This document shows, piece by piece, positions 51,751 to 63,774 of a DNA stretch of 64,000 nt. Each line of letters starts with the position of its first letter. Position 1 is the stretch's first letter. The stretch is from Marsupella aquatica (taxonomy: Eukaryota; Plantae; Marchantiophyta). A model generated the notes under the pieces. That model was not told the DNA's origin, did no database searches, and worked only from the letters and a program-made list of their open reading frames with translations. A program made the position numbers and the translations under genes. The stretch lies in NCBI GenBank assembly GCA_973895155.1, contig OZ316897.1, forward strand, positions 1,080,515-1,144,514. The letters are read 5' to 3'.

Positions 51751-52599
51751 ATTGGCCCGTGGGGCACTCTATTCAAATTGTGCGCTTGGGGCATTGTGTT
51801 TGAGTTTTGATATCTGTTTTTGTTTTTTTTGTACTTGCACGACTTTGTCTCAAATGTTGGCTAATTTGGCAAATATTGGCTAGTTTGGCTAAATTGCCAA
51901 GAAAAATTTAAGAATATACCCATAGTTTCATGGAATAGTCTTGGAATATTCCTAGATTTGGCTTAAAAACCTCCTATGATTCTTATAATTTTCAAAACTG
52001 CATCAAGACACAACTAATATTCTTCAGGATATTCTTTCACAAAAATTTGTGAGTTTTCCACTAAATCCAATAAGAAACCCTATACTTTTTTGTGTATGAT
52101 AGGTCAAAAGTAATTAAATATTAAGTGACTGGGGACCCCGGGCAATGTTATATCTTACACATCTACATCTTTTGCGTAACGAATTCTTTTACGCAACCAC
52201 ATCTTTTCCACAAATGACATCTTTTACAAAACGACATATTTTATGCAAACAACATCATTCTATTGCTCAACACTCAAATATTAACTAGTCTTGCATTATT
52301 ATTGTTGCACCGTGCGCAGGTTTAAGAGATGTCATTGACATCTTTAGTCAGCAATGATGCCCTCCGCAAATGTAAGAACTAGAGGACACGGGAGAGGACA
52401 ACAAACTACTAACATGTTGCTTGGGCGTTAACCATATTTGACTTGATATTTGATCCACTGGTTCACTTAGAATGTCTTGAGACCCTTCCCTTTTATACCC
52501 TCAGATAATGCATTGAAAGGTAGGGACCAAAATTTCTGGACAAGTTTCTCGAAAACTCATCAATGACTCTGAAGTGAGTCCAACAAGACCCAGAGAGGC

Positions 52600-53560
52600 A
52601 TGGCTGTGTGATAGCTCACTTGAGTGGAAAATAGCTCACTTGAGTGTAAACGAACAGGTCTTCGGTCCATTTAGGTGGGGTTTCATAGATTTTCCCGTGA
52701 CAAAAAAATGTGAGTCCACCAAGGACCCACTTCCTCTCCCAAACACATGCTCCCAAAAATACCAAAGTTGTCCAAATAAATGCACAAGTTTGCCAAAAAT
52801 GAAGGTGCCTGGAAAACATATTCAAGGCTTCCTTAGCAAAAGTGAAACATCTTGGCTTCCAAAAGTAGTCATCAGTCTTTTCCTGGTGTAAATTGACTGA
52901 TGACTTTATGCAATCCATGGGGATGAGCAAAACAAACCCCTCAGTCCATCAGGCTTAATACTTGCATGGCATAAGAGCCCGTTTTCAAAGCTTTCATCAC
53001 AACTAGTACGGTTTAGCAATTTAATTTTGCATATCTTGTTTCCAGTTTTTAGTCTGCAGGTGATAGCAAGCTAGCAGGGCATCTCAAACTTTAGGTCTGC
53101 AAAAGGATCCCTGGCCCAAAAGTACCAGTTTCAGTATGAGGTCACAAGTGTGCAGACAAGCTTTTTTGTGTCCACCATTTTAGTTCTGGGAATATGATCT
53201 TGACCGCGACCGGAGGCCAAAGGGACATGTTTGAGGCGCCCTACTAGTAAAGAGAAGAAAACATTGCCAGGATGCATACAATGTTGCATCACAATCAGAG
53301 AGATGAAAAATCTTGCTCTCTTAGTCAATTGTGTCAATAAAATGTTCTCATTTTAGAAAGTGATCTGTATCTTGAACTCGAATAATCCAGATACAGATAA
53401 TTTCCTAACGTTTTAAATATCCTGTCTTTCAAGGATGTAACCAAGTAGTCTGTTCAAAGGAATGAATGTAATTAACTCAATATCGTGTCTTTCAGGGATG
53501 TAACCAAGTATTTTGTTCAAAGGAATGAATGTAATTAACTTTCCATTGTACCATACAGAT
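52600..53560 (-). mobile_element. Decayed Ty3/gypsy reverse-transcriptase fragment
   Basis: Minus-strand remnants in RT order: LYLDY (~53390), KRARFFISL resembling AKYFTKLD (~53310), CIYLDNFGIF resembling VYLDDILIF (~52770). Contains a 60-bp tandem duplication at ~53417-53539. Confidence 0.4.
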
Positions 53561-54100
53561 TGTTCACAGCAGTTCATGAGTTCGTAAAGAACTAGGAACA
53601 GGAATGATTGTTGGCCAAACTCCCAAACAGTGTGCCAAAGGTATGGACTAAGAGCTTGTCGCTTCAGATAAAAACTGCGTATAGGATCGAGACTGTTTAT
53701 ATTAGGCCCAACTCCCATGTGAAGGGTCCCAAGAAATGAGGCCTCAAACTGATATAGTATTGTGATATGTAAGAATGCAAGTTTCCAGGCATTTCCCCCT
53801 CCAACGCTAGTCCTGACGCTGATTTTCCAGGGGTCCCTTGGGCCGGAAAGTTTCCGGCCCTTGCAGGTCGCGACCTCTGAGAGCCTAATAAAACAAAATG
53901 ATTATCGCGACACATATGCAGTGTGTCTCTTCAGTAAACTATGAGTCACCCTGCAAACTGGCCTGCATTCGATAAGCGAGCAAGTGAGGATTCTGTCACA
54001 TCGAACCACTCTTCGACTGCTACCGACCTCGCACCTCACGGAGTGATTGCACCTCAGAGAGTGATCCAAAGAATCCAAAGAAGATGAGATCGTCGCTTCG

Positions 54101-55350
54101 TTTACTAAAATTCTGGACGATGGTTCCTGGAAAACTCATTAATGACTCTTGAGAGGACCCACCAAGGGCCCACTCACTCCTATTCCCATAGAACAAATAA
54201 ATTTGGTAAAATGCCTTCCTTGTTAAGTAACTTCTCAAACAGAGTTCTCAAAAGGCAATTGACAGAAATACATAGTTCCCTGACAGAACTGAACCCCCAT
54301 CTCTTAACCCAACCCAACACAAACCCATCCGTTCACAGTCTAACCCAGGACTGACACCGCGGCCATGATTGCCATGGTTGTGGTCGCTGCAGCGTTCACC
54401 ACTGGTTGTCGCCCTTCTTGAAGACATCCCCCGACATGTCTTCATTCAAATTTTGTTGAATACATGCAACATTATGTCTTCGTTCAAAAAATGGAAAACG
54501 AAAAAGCAGACGCAGTTTTTGTAGCATCATTTCTCAGTTCCGCAACATTTTGATCCGTCGGCCGCATCTCCTCTTGGGTTTTCTGAATCACAATTGTTCA
54601 CTTGGTTGATTTTAGGAGACAGTGGAGCTTGAGAAAGCATCTTTGAATGACTACGTGATCCTTTGATTGGAACTGATTGTTAGCACCGAGATGCAGTTGG
54701 CAGTTGTAATGTAGTTGACAGTTATGAGGCCAATCACTCCGTCTGCCCTTACGCCATGGTCGGGTGTTCTCGTACCTCTGTACTCGTTTAGAATGTACTC
54801 AAGCTTGCACTGCTTCTAGATGTGGTATTCTTCTCTTAGAAATGTTGTTGTTTTACCAGCCTCCTCCAATTAAATCCATGTGAGTAAGTGGTGGCGGAAT
54901 CATCGAGAACATGGAAGAGGGACTAGCTATCTATCATACTTGACTTCCAGGTTCATGTAAATTGCTTAAGGGGAAAAATGAAGTCGCCGGGCAGATGAGT
55001 ATATCGCTCCGGCCCGGAATGATCTTGAAGAATGCCATTTGAAAGAAGACATGCCACTGAATGTCTTCAAAAAGTTCACGTAAAGATCTCAAAATCACCT
55101 TGGGCGACTACGCGATTGCCGTTTGGGTTAATGGAGGGTTAGCAGGACAGAAGTGAGTTTGGTTCCGTCAAGTTCCTCCACTTTCAATTTGTTGCTCATG
55201 GAGGAGAGGACGGAAAGTAAAATGAATTCACTCTTGAAGTGAATTGGTGATATGGTAAGAGAATATAAGAGATGAGAGTGGGCCCTTGGTGGGACCTCTA
55301 TAGAGTCATAAATGAGGTCTCCAGTAACCGTCGTCCAGAATAGACTAAAG
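54101..55350. mobile_element. Non-autonomous TIR element (~1.25 kb) with ~75-85 bp imperfect inverted termini
   Basis: TTCTGGACGATGGTTCCTGGAAAACTCATTAATGACTCTTGAGAGGACCCACCAAGGGCCCACTC (54111-54175) is inverted at ~55276-55340. A third diverged copy lies at ~52525-52590. No TSD recognised. Confidence 0.65.
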
Positions 55351-56348
55351 GTACATATTTTACGCGTTAAAGAAGACGAGATCGAGTTGTCCCCGCAACG
55401 ATCGGAAAAACGTATGAAGGGGATACGTGCAAACGAACCGGACGCTATATCGGTGTTCGCTTCTATTCTGGTGTATTCACTGCTATTTCGATGCGTCTGT
55501 CCCTCTTATTGCTGCTCCGTGCTCAGTGCTGATTTGGCCCTGGATTTGATTTCAGCCTCGGTGTTTGATGCTCAGAGTTTTTGCAGGTGGGCGCTACTGG
55601 GCTGTTGCTCGATGCTAGTTGTGCTGTCTTCTGCTGGATTCTGTAAGGGGCCCTCTATGCTGTTTACTCGTGCTATTCTCGCTTCTGCTCACTTCTTGCG
55701 GCGGCCCTCTATGCTGTTTACTCGTGCTATTTTTCGCTGCTGCTCTCTGTGGGCTCGTTGCTCGCTGTCAGTTAGGAATTTTTACTCTCTCTCCGTCAGA
55801 AGTCAAAAACTATCCGCTATTCGTGAATTCATATCCTCACGGGTCATGTCAATCATGTTGGACAAATGAATGTGTCATCTTGTGTGCCACAAAACGACGT
55901 TGGAACCGAGCGTTAGGTCGAATCGAAGGTTGAGGTCGAGGCAACCACGCACACGGCAGAGCCCAACACTCGTCGTTATTTTCCAACCTCTGCCTGTTCG
56001 GCTATGTCTTTCGTTGCTTCTTCGATATACAAGAAGAGCAATTCAATTGTCGTCGGTTTGCTTGTGTTTGCTGTTGCCAATTAGAAACTAGGACCTGCTT
56101 ATCTGTTTGTTCAAGGTCAGCAATCTAACTCCGGTATATCGCTTGATCTGTTTGTGGAAGGTTTCACGGTCCAGTTCCACTGGATTAAGTTTCATAGTAA
56201 AGTTGAACGGAATAGGTTAGGTGTTGGTACCAAAGTGGCCCTCTGTTGACAGTTTTGCACGGTGAAACAGATTGCAGATTCTCTATCTCCAGCTGTCTCA
56301 TTCGCTTGTCTCAATTTTGGCTCTGCTAGGGCTGGGCGTCACGGTAAA

Positions 56349-57455
56349 ATGGAGGGCTCTGTTAAGCCCAAGGATTTGCAAGGTAGAATGTTGGTCGCTT
56401 ATGAACAAATGACGCTCTTCAACAGACACATCAACTCTCTTCACGACGAAATTGGGCACATCGAAATAGAAATTAGCACATCTCTCCAGAGGAAATTACA
56501 GCTGAGGATCAAGAGCAACTCTACAGATGAAGAGAAGACTGAGCTCGAACGCATTGAGAATAAGCGCTTCCAAAATCTCCAAAGGCAGCTCTTGCGGTGT
56601 GAAAGCCAGATCCAGCTGCATCAATGGCAGATCCAGATGTTGGAACAGCAGCTCGATTTCCTCAAAACAATTAGCCCGGCCAAAACATGGAGTGTGAGTT
56701 TCAGTGAAGCCGATTTACATCAAATTGCAGGCATCACAGGTGTCATATTTACCGAGGAAACGTGGATTGTTGATGATTTTGACAACAACGTTTGCCCTTC
56801 TCGTGCTTCATGTCCTTCTTGATTCAGAAGTCTAGAGTTTGGTCAATGAACTCCGAGGCGAGTCTACGCACTGTCCTAGATGTTTTCCTACAAGATGTTA
56901 TTAGCCAGGCTGAGTTCGAGTCTAAGCTGCGCATCTTCTGTGAAGTGAAAATGGAGTCTGGTCCAGGATTGATGGACGGCCAGGACTGCAAGCTCAGCGG
57001 TGTTCTTGATTACCTGATTGGACATGTTGGAGGGAGGGGGGGCATCAAGGACTACTCACAACCAAGTGATTCCCATCTCATAGCAGTAGGGGGAAGGTGT
57101 TCATGGGACAATGTGGCCATTTGGCAGTGCTATGCCGGAGCAGCATGTCTTCACCGAGAGAGGAGAGATGCATGCAAACCCAATTGCAGGGTGTGGGGGA
57201 TCTTCTCCAATGCATCATTCTGGAAATTCATCTTCATTGACCATGATGGACGACTTCGGGTCAGTAAAGTGTATGTGCTTGATATTTCGGCATACAAGGA
57301 GGAAGAAGTTCTTGAAGTGTATCGCTTTTTGCACTACATAGTTCGACAATGTTTCCTCTCCGTCACCCACAACATTGCCCATCAAGTCGTATGTGCACAA
57401 GAGATCAGAACAACACCAGGAGATTAGAGGACAGCAAGAACTAGCAGCAATCTAA
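56349..57455 (+). pseudogene. Coiled-coil + PD-(D/E)XK nuclease-like (Crinkler CR-REase-like) gene, copy B, two single-base frameshifts
   Basis: MEGSVKPKDLQ... with a ~100 aa coiled coil. A 1-nt deletion at ~56802 relative to copy A (RPSQCF). Then SEASLRTVLDVFLQD..RIFCEVKM..LSGVLDYLIGH..HLIAVGGR..WQCYA..VWGIFSNA..WKFIFIDHDG..S..Y. A 1-nt insertion at ~57360. Coding region intronless. Confidence 0.72.
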
Positions 57456-57677
57456 ATTAGCCGTAGGACTTATGTACCACACTCTTGTTGAGTGAGTGTG
57501 AGTCAAAGTTTAAAGAGCTCCCTGAATTCATGATATACCATTTTCCAGTGGTGATCAATTTGTTGTCACCTCCCTGGTCCCTGGGACTATTTGGCTCCTT
57601 GGCTTTCGCTCCTTGCCTTCCCCCCTTGATTGGGTCGTTTGGCTTGTGTGATTGGGGCTCCTTGTGTTTTTTCCCAA

Positions 57678-58060
57678 TTTGATATATGAGTGCAAGTATA
57701 AAAAATGAATATTGATCCTCATGATATATGAGTACAAGTATAAAAAATGAATGATAATATATGACTGCAAATATAAAGAATGAAATTAATATATGAATGT
57801 AAGTATAAAAAAAGAATGAAGTTGATATATGAAAGTAAATATTAAAAAATGAATGATAATATATGAAAATAAAGAATGAAATTGATATATGAATGTAAGT
57901 ATAAAAAATGAATATTGATCGGTGATATATGAGAGTAAATATAAAAAATGAAGTTGATACATGACTGCAAATATAAAAAATGAATACTGATTCGTTGATA
58001 TATGAATGCATGTATAAAGTTCATATATGAGTGCAAGTATAAAAATTGAAAATAGATCCT
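57678..58060. repeat. AT-rich ~32-40 bp minisatellite (copy B, about 10 units)
   Basis: GATATATGAGTGCAAGTATAAAAAATGAAT variants in tandem. Confidence 0.88.
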
Positions 58061-59778
58061 TTGTTCCAATTCAAATATGTTTCTTGTCACAAGACCCAAA
58101 ATTCTTCATTTTCGAAGAGTGTTCGAGGGAATTCGAGGGAAGAAGGGAGTGCAGAGATCTGCTGGGTGCTACAGATGCTTGGCTTTCTGCATGCTGCCAG
58201 CCAACGACGAAGCGAGAGCTCTGCTAATGAAACGAATCGATTTCTAGAAGACAGGATGTAGAGAATTGCAAACGAACCCACGCGAGATCACAAAGCGAAT
58301 CGATTTCTAAAAGACAGGATGCACAGAATTGCAAACTTACCCTCACGAGATCACGAAGCGAATCGTATTGTAGAGGACAGTCGGGAGTACCTGCGAAGTG
58401 GGCAAAGTTTGCTGATTCAAGCCTTTCGGTTTTGCCATGAGAAGAACTTCATTGCAGTTCTTTCAGAGTACTGGAGTGGTATTTTCTAGTTGGTCTGATC
58501 GGTGATGTCATTCGGTTGATTATCGAATCAATCGGTTGAAAATAATGCTTTTGTTCGAATTCAAATGTCTCGGTGATTGTCTCAAATCCTTGCTGATTCC
58601 TGCCTTTTGGTCTTGCCATGAGAAAAACTTCACTCCAGTACTTCAAGAGCACCCACACTGAAAGAATTCAAGCAGCTCGCATGATTTGGAGACGAAACGC
58701 AGAAGAAGCAAAGGTCGGCGTGCACCAGGGCAACGCGGTGACTACTACTGTATGTTAGGAGTTAAACGAGTTGCTTGAGCGGGGGATGCTCGTGAAGGCT
58801 TGAGCCTTCTTCTCGTTCAGTGTTCTCACACCTTTCAAAAGGTCATCATCGGCCATTGTTTTGTAGGACCCATTAAATTGCATCTTAGTCACTTGCCTAA
58901 TTCTTAATGGACCACACTCTGTGGATAGGTATAAGATTCTTCTGCTGTCGGAAAACTGAAACGAAAACATTGGATGAATCAGCAATGCGTGCAGCATACG
59001 CCCTACTAATCCCTGAATGAAAGGCTTGCCCCAGAAGACAGCCTACTAATCCCGGAATGAAAGGCTTGCCCCAGAAGACAGAAGCTCGCGACGAACGTGA
59101 CTCCGTGTTGACTGTTGTCTGTTGTAGTACTTCAAAATAATCTGCGAGAAACAATTAATTTTTCTCATAATTATTAGTACTGTACAGACTCTTCTGTTGG
59201 TCATGATGTTTGGTGGCGGTATTTTATTGTTGATCTGATCGGTGATGTCATTCGTTTTGCAGGTGGTATCCGATCCCAGGCGACGTCTGATTCCGATATA
59301 GTGGCATCCGATCAATTCCTGGATCGAGTGCAAAGCGATGACGTGTGCGTCGTCTTTCCAAGGAGCAGAAGAAGTTGTGCTGACATCCGTCTGAAGGCCG
59401 TTGAATGGGGTATTCATGCAAGTGGAAGGAGCCTTTGAATTGGAGATCGGACAAGCAAAGGAGCCCTCCAGAGATCACATTGAGCCTCCGAATCGGATCC
59501 GAATGGGAAATCGGTACTGAATGACGGGCCCCTGTAGCGATCACTCTTCAGTGCACTTGCCTTTGAATTGGAAGTGAACATTTCAAATGGAGGTCGTACC
59601 TGTCAGGAAGGACTGATCGTTTAGATCATAAAATTCGTGAGTGAGCTTATAATCGAAGGCGTAGATTAGGACACAAAGAACGATCTGAGTCTCTCAACTT
59701 TTTACAATGACTCACAGAGGCAAATCTGGGCAAGGGACTACTGGAGCTACTGTAGTTACTTAGGTGCAGGTCGTTATG

Positions 59779-60516
59779 ATGGCCGACATGGAGGCCCTAG
59801 GGTCAGATGGGAGGGGCAGGCGAGGAGATCCAGGACGAGTCGCTGGGCTGGACCAGCGCCAGGACAGATGATCTCACGTGGCGTCTCAATTACAACAGAT
59901 TCCTCCGTGAAAGAATGTCCGAAAACTCTCCAGACTCTTTTGCAAGCGAGCCTGCATAAATGCCTCATGGTGTTCGGTGCGTCCTGCCAATGCCTATGCA
60001 CTCCGTGTTCATGATTTGCCAATTTGATAATTTTCTGTAAATAAAGTGTTGGATTTGACAGAGAATACCTTCTTGCCGTTTCTGTTTCTGTTGAGTAGTT
60101 GATATATAGGTTGCTATATAGGTTTGCGAATCAATTTGAGATGATAGGTAATTTGCGATGAGCATGTAACAAGCTGATGTCGTGTGTTCTGCAGGATTTG
60201 ACAATGGAGTTGCTAAATATTATCGGCACCAAGACGAAATGCTGGATACGTACAAAGAGATGGACGACATCACAGAGCATGGATACCGGCCTACCACAAC
60301 TATGGTAAGGTAAGCTAAGGTGCATGAAAGTGAAGAAATACGCGGAAGAAGTTCACAGAAATGAGTGTGGACCAAGTCGAGTAGTCTTTGAGCTCAGAAA
60401 TTCCGGATTTCAACGCCAATAATTTTACTCACAGACGTAAAGTGTCGTGGAGTCGTCTGCACATCTACAGATTGACACCGCCTTCCCATTAAGGTCAAAT
60501 AAAGCTAATCGGTCCT
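59779..60516 (+). pseudogene. Truncated MTP duplicate (exons 1-2 only)
   Basis: ATG GCC GAC ATG GAG... with an extra G (GGGAGGGGCAGG) that frameshifts exon 1. Exon 2 ([17 protein letters not shown]...) at 60195-60304. Homology stops in intron 2 just before the exon 3 acceptor. Confidence 0.92.
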
Positions 60517-60534
60517 ATATGAATGATATGGATG

Positions 60535-61216
60535 AGAGTCATGATAAATCATAGAGTATTGATTTATATTGTGGCAAACTTGGGTCGGAGCAGGCAACAC
60601 CAATGGGGAGTTGGGCCGGAGCGGGCGAAAACAAGTGAACGGTGCCAGAACATAAACTCGAAGTCGATGACACAAAGTTGATCAAGCCGGGGCATTGTGA
60701 CAATATGGTAGAGTTTTGGTTTATGTTCTGGCAAACTCGGGCCGGAGCAGGCAGCAACATCAGGGACTTGGACGGGCAATGCATGGGGTCCCAAGAAGAT
60801 CGGGGAGCTTTAACGCGCGGTTGTGTAGGCCTGAGCTTTCATTGCAGAATTCAAGACATCACATGAGACATTCAATGTGCTCCACTGAAAGACATTCAAT
60901 GTGCTGCACTGAAAGACATTGCAAGAATTAAGAATTTTTGTGCTGCTATTGGAAGGGAAGTTTGACTTGAGGTACATTATGAGGAACCTTGTTTTACACT
61001 TGAAGAGTGACAATATTCAGAGGGTACTAAAGCAACACCCATCCACACATTTGACCTTGAGTCCCTATTCTTGATTGTAAATGCATTGGTTTTATAATGT
61101 ACCAATTAATGCACCGCAATTTGAAGGCATTGCCAAATCTACTTGTTAGCTCAGGATGAACAAACAGGAGGGAAAACAATGGAAAACTGAAAAGCCACAT
61201 TTGAGATAACCAAAAA
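60535..61216. repeat. ~680 bp direct repeat, copy 2 of 49712-50366
   Basis: Direct match to copy 1, beginning about 18 bp after the breakpoint of the inverted duplication. Confidence 0.92.
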
Positions 61217-61252
61217 CTCTTCAATTACCATAACATTTACCAACCAAGGCAT

Positions 61253-62300
61253 TGTGAGAAACCCTTAAGGCCAGAGGAGTCACAAGAAAATGTAAAAAAC
61301 CCTGGGTAGAAATACCAAGGAAATGTAGGAAACTCTTCAGCTACTTTGGACAGATGAACAGTTTACATGGATTGTATGGACATAGTGTTGAACATAGACA
61401 ACATTCACAATGGTAAGCCCATGACACACATCTAATGTGCAAGTAGTGGACAGGTTCACCTCATTGAGGTTACGTCCACAAAAACACACAAGAGAGTTTT
61501 ATTGAACTCTAAAACCTTCAGTCATACGGAGTCTCCACAATGTAAACTCATTTTATCTCTCAAGTGACTCCATAACAATGAACCATAGTTCTATTTATCC
61601 AAGCAAGCACTGCTTATGATATAGTGTGCAACTTAGTTAACCTAACCACGTCTCTGACTATGGTTAACCTAACTATGGTTACATGTTACAATCCTAGACC
61701 TAAGAGTAAATACCTAACACATAGAAATACCATTCAAGGAAAAAAAAATTCATGAGACCAAACCATGAATAATATCCTCCTGTTGTCAATGGAGTTGAAC
61801 ATGTCATCAACTAAAACCCATTGCATTCAGAATCCTCCATTTAATTTTTGTCCTCTCATCTCCATATCCAAGCCTACTCTAATCTGCAACTCTTCATTGT
61901 CGAACCGGAGTTCTCAAATTAATTTTTTAATGGCAAAACGTTGTTTGATGGAGCAACACAGGCAGCACAAAGGATTGGTAGTATTTGGACATAATCTCTT
62001 TATGTTGTAGCCCCCATCCATTGTGTTAAGGGGTCTTGTGTTTGAATAAAGGCCCTCTTTGAATCCTTGGAGCATAATCACTAAATCTTCTCTCTAATTA
62101 TATACAAAACACTCTTGCTAAAGTTGGAACACAACTTGCATGGGCCAAAAGGGAAAACAAAAAGACACCCAAGGGACAATATTTGAATTGGAAGTCTGGT
62201 CTTACTCTTTGAATATGAGGTCCAGGCCTTGTTTTAGGGGGAAAACAGTACACTCCCCCTCAAGACAGGAAATTCTATACCATATATTCATGTATTGGTT
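61253..62300 (-). mobile_element. Possible decayed LTR retrotransposon 3' end (LTR-like segment plus integrase/chromodomain remnant)
   Basis: A TG...AACA-bounded segment at ~61253-61718 and a minus-strand KIKW chromodomain-like trace at ~61840. Weak. Confidence 0.3.
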
Positions 62301-62989
62301 GGAAACAAATTCATTTTTTAGTCCCCCTATCCCTTTAATTTTTTAAGGGGAAATCTTTGATTAAGGGGAAATCTCTGGAAGCTCACTGAGAGAGATAATA
62401 GAAACTAGTTATAACATTTGAACCCAAGACCTAAGAGTCCCTACTCAAGTGAACTACCACACAACTATGGTTTTCACAAAGAGTGAGGTCCGAGAAACCA
62501 GTTACAACATTTGAACCCAAGACCCAAGAATACCTACTCAAGTGAACCACCACAAAACCATTCCTGTTTGGTCTCCATCCTTTTAATTTTAAGTCTCGTA
62601 CATTCTAGCAATTAAAAATGATGGTCACATGGACTGCTTTCTTGGCCCTCCCATTCCACCAAGACGGTTGGCCCTCATTTGTGGGAAAACCGGAGATGGA
62701 ATGGGTACACCCATAGCTTGCTGCTCAGAACCTTGGGGAGATACTTTAGGCCGTCAGACTCAAATGCCACACTTCGCACCATAAATTTGGACTTGCTAGT
62801 TGGCATGCAAGAAGCGGACAATTTACATGTATTGGAGTTAAATTGTAACGATAGTGGTTACCAATTGCATCTTATCTGTAACCCAAGTACATCCCGTTGC
62901 ACAGATATGACTGAGGCAAGTGAAAACCAGTTAAAGCTATTCTTACAAAGAGGATAAGATGTCCAATTTTCTGAAACGTAAGACCCCAC

Positions 62990-63774
62990 TCACCGTCGTC
63001 TCCGTGCAGATATTCGACAATCAAAGCATTTTCTATTGGAGTTGTTAGAATGGCTGTGAAAATTGTGGAAAGTTTCATTTTTTGTCACTACTCTGTGTGA
63101 TGGTGTGACTTCAAGATTTCTGTCTGAGTGCACTTCCTGACCACCTATCTGCAAATGAAATTGTTCTGATAAGACCCGAAGAACTGATGCATTTTGGACT
63201 TTAAGATCGTCAATAAGCTCCTGATGCTTGAGAAGCTGCAAAGAATACACACAATTGAATGTTAGAATTGGCTGCAAGCCAGAGAAAACTGTGTTCGTTC
63301 ATGACCAGTCAGTGATCAGCCAGCTGACTTAGAGGAAACTTCAAAAGCCTTCCATGAAATTGGAGTCCATTCATGTCAAACTTTTTTCGAACTTCTCACA
63401 TTATTGCTTGTCAGCTTTGCGCCTCTGATCCAACGTTGCTATGATTACAGGAAGTGTCAATTTCACATCACATTGCTACTCAAAGGTTGCTTGGAGAAGC
63501 TCCAAACGATGATACTGTACTATTTCGTTGGAAAATGGGGCTCCAAAACATTTGCGTCAAATCGTAAAACACGCCACCGCAGGCCTTCGCCAGACAGAGC
63601 CCTAAACGAGCAAGGTTCACTCTAGATTTGGAAATAGGTGTAGATTTCTTGGTAGAAGAAACAGCAGGTGCTCAAGTTTAGAGGGAGCCCTGGGGCAGCA
63701 AGCATCAAATAGTGCAGCCAAGGTAAAAAATATACCGTGCGAAGGATCTCATTTTCTTGGCGCAATTCGTGTAC
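62990..63774 (-). CDS. Last two exons of an unidentified gene that continues beyond the window (coiled-coil C-terminus ending CFDCRISARRRR*)
   Basis: Exon 63774-63736 (VHELRQENEILRT) and exon 63235-62990 (LLKHQELIDDLKVQNASVLRVLSEQF...) are both phase 0 with canonical AG/GT boundaries. Confidence 0.6.

Larger units (their letters stand above)
55775..60516. repeat. Copy B of the inverted segmental duplication (no LINE)
   Basis: Reverse complement of 27149-31353 plus 38321-38765, with a single copy of the LINE target GTTTCATAGTAAAGTT at 56189-56204. Confidence 0.95.

Noticed and set aside
55312-56091. 185-aa and overlapping Cys/Leu-rich ORFs
   Set aside because: No recognisable domain; they span the TIR end, a local tandem duplication and the duplication breakpoint.
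57457-58099. Hydrophobic F/I/Y-rich ORFs that look like membrane proteins
   Set aside because: They are translations of an AT-rich minisatellite.
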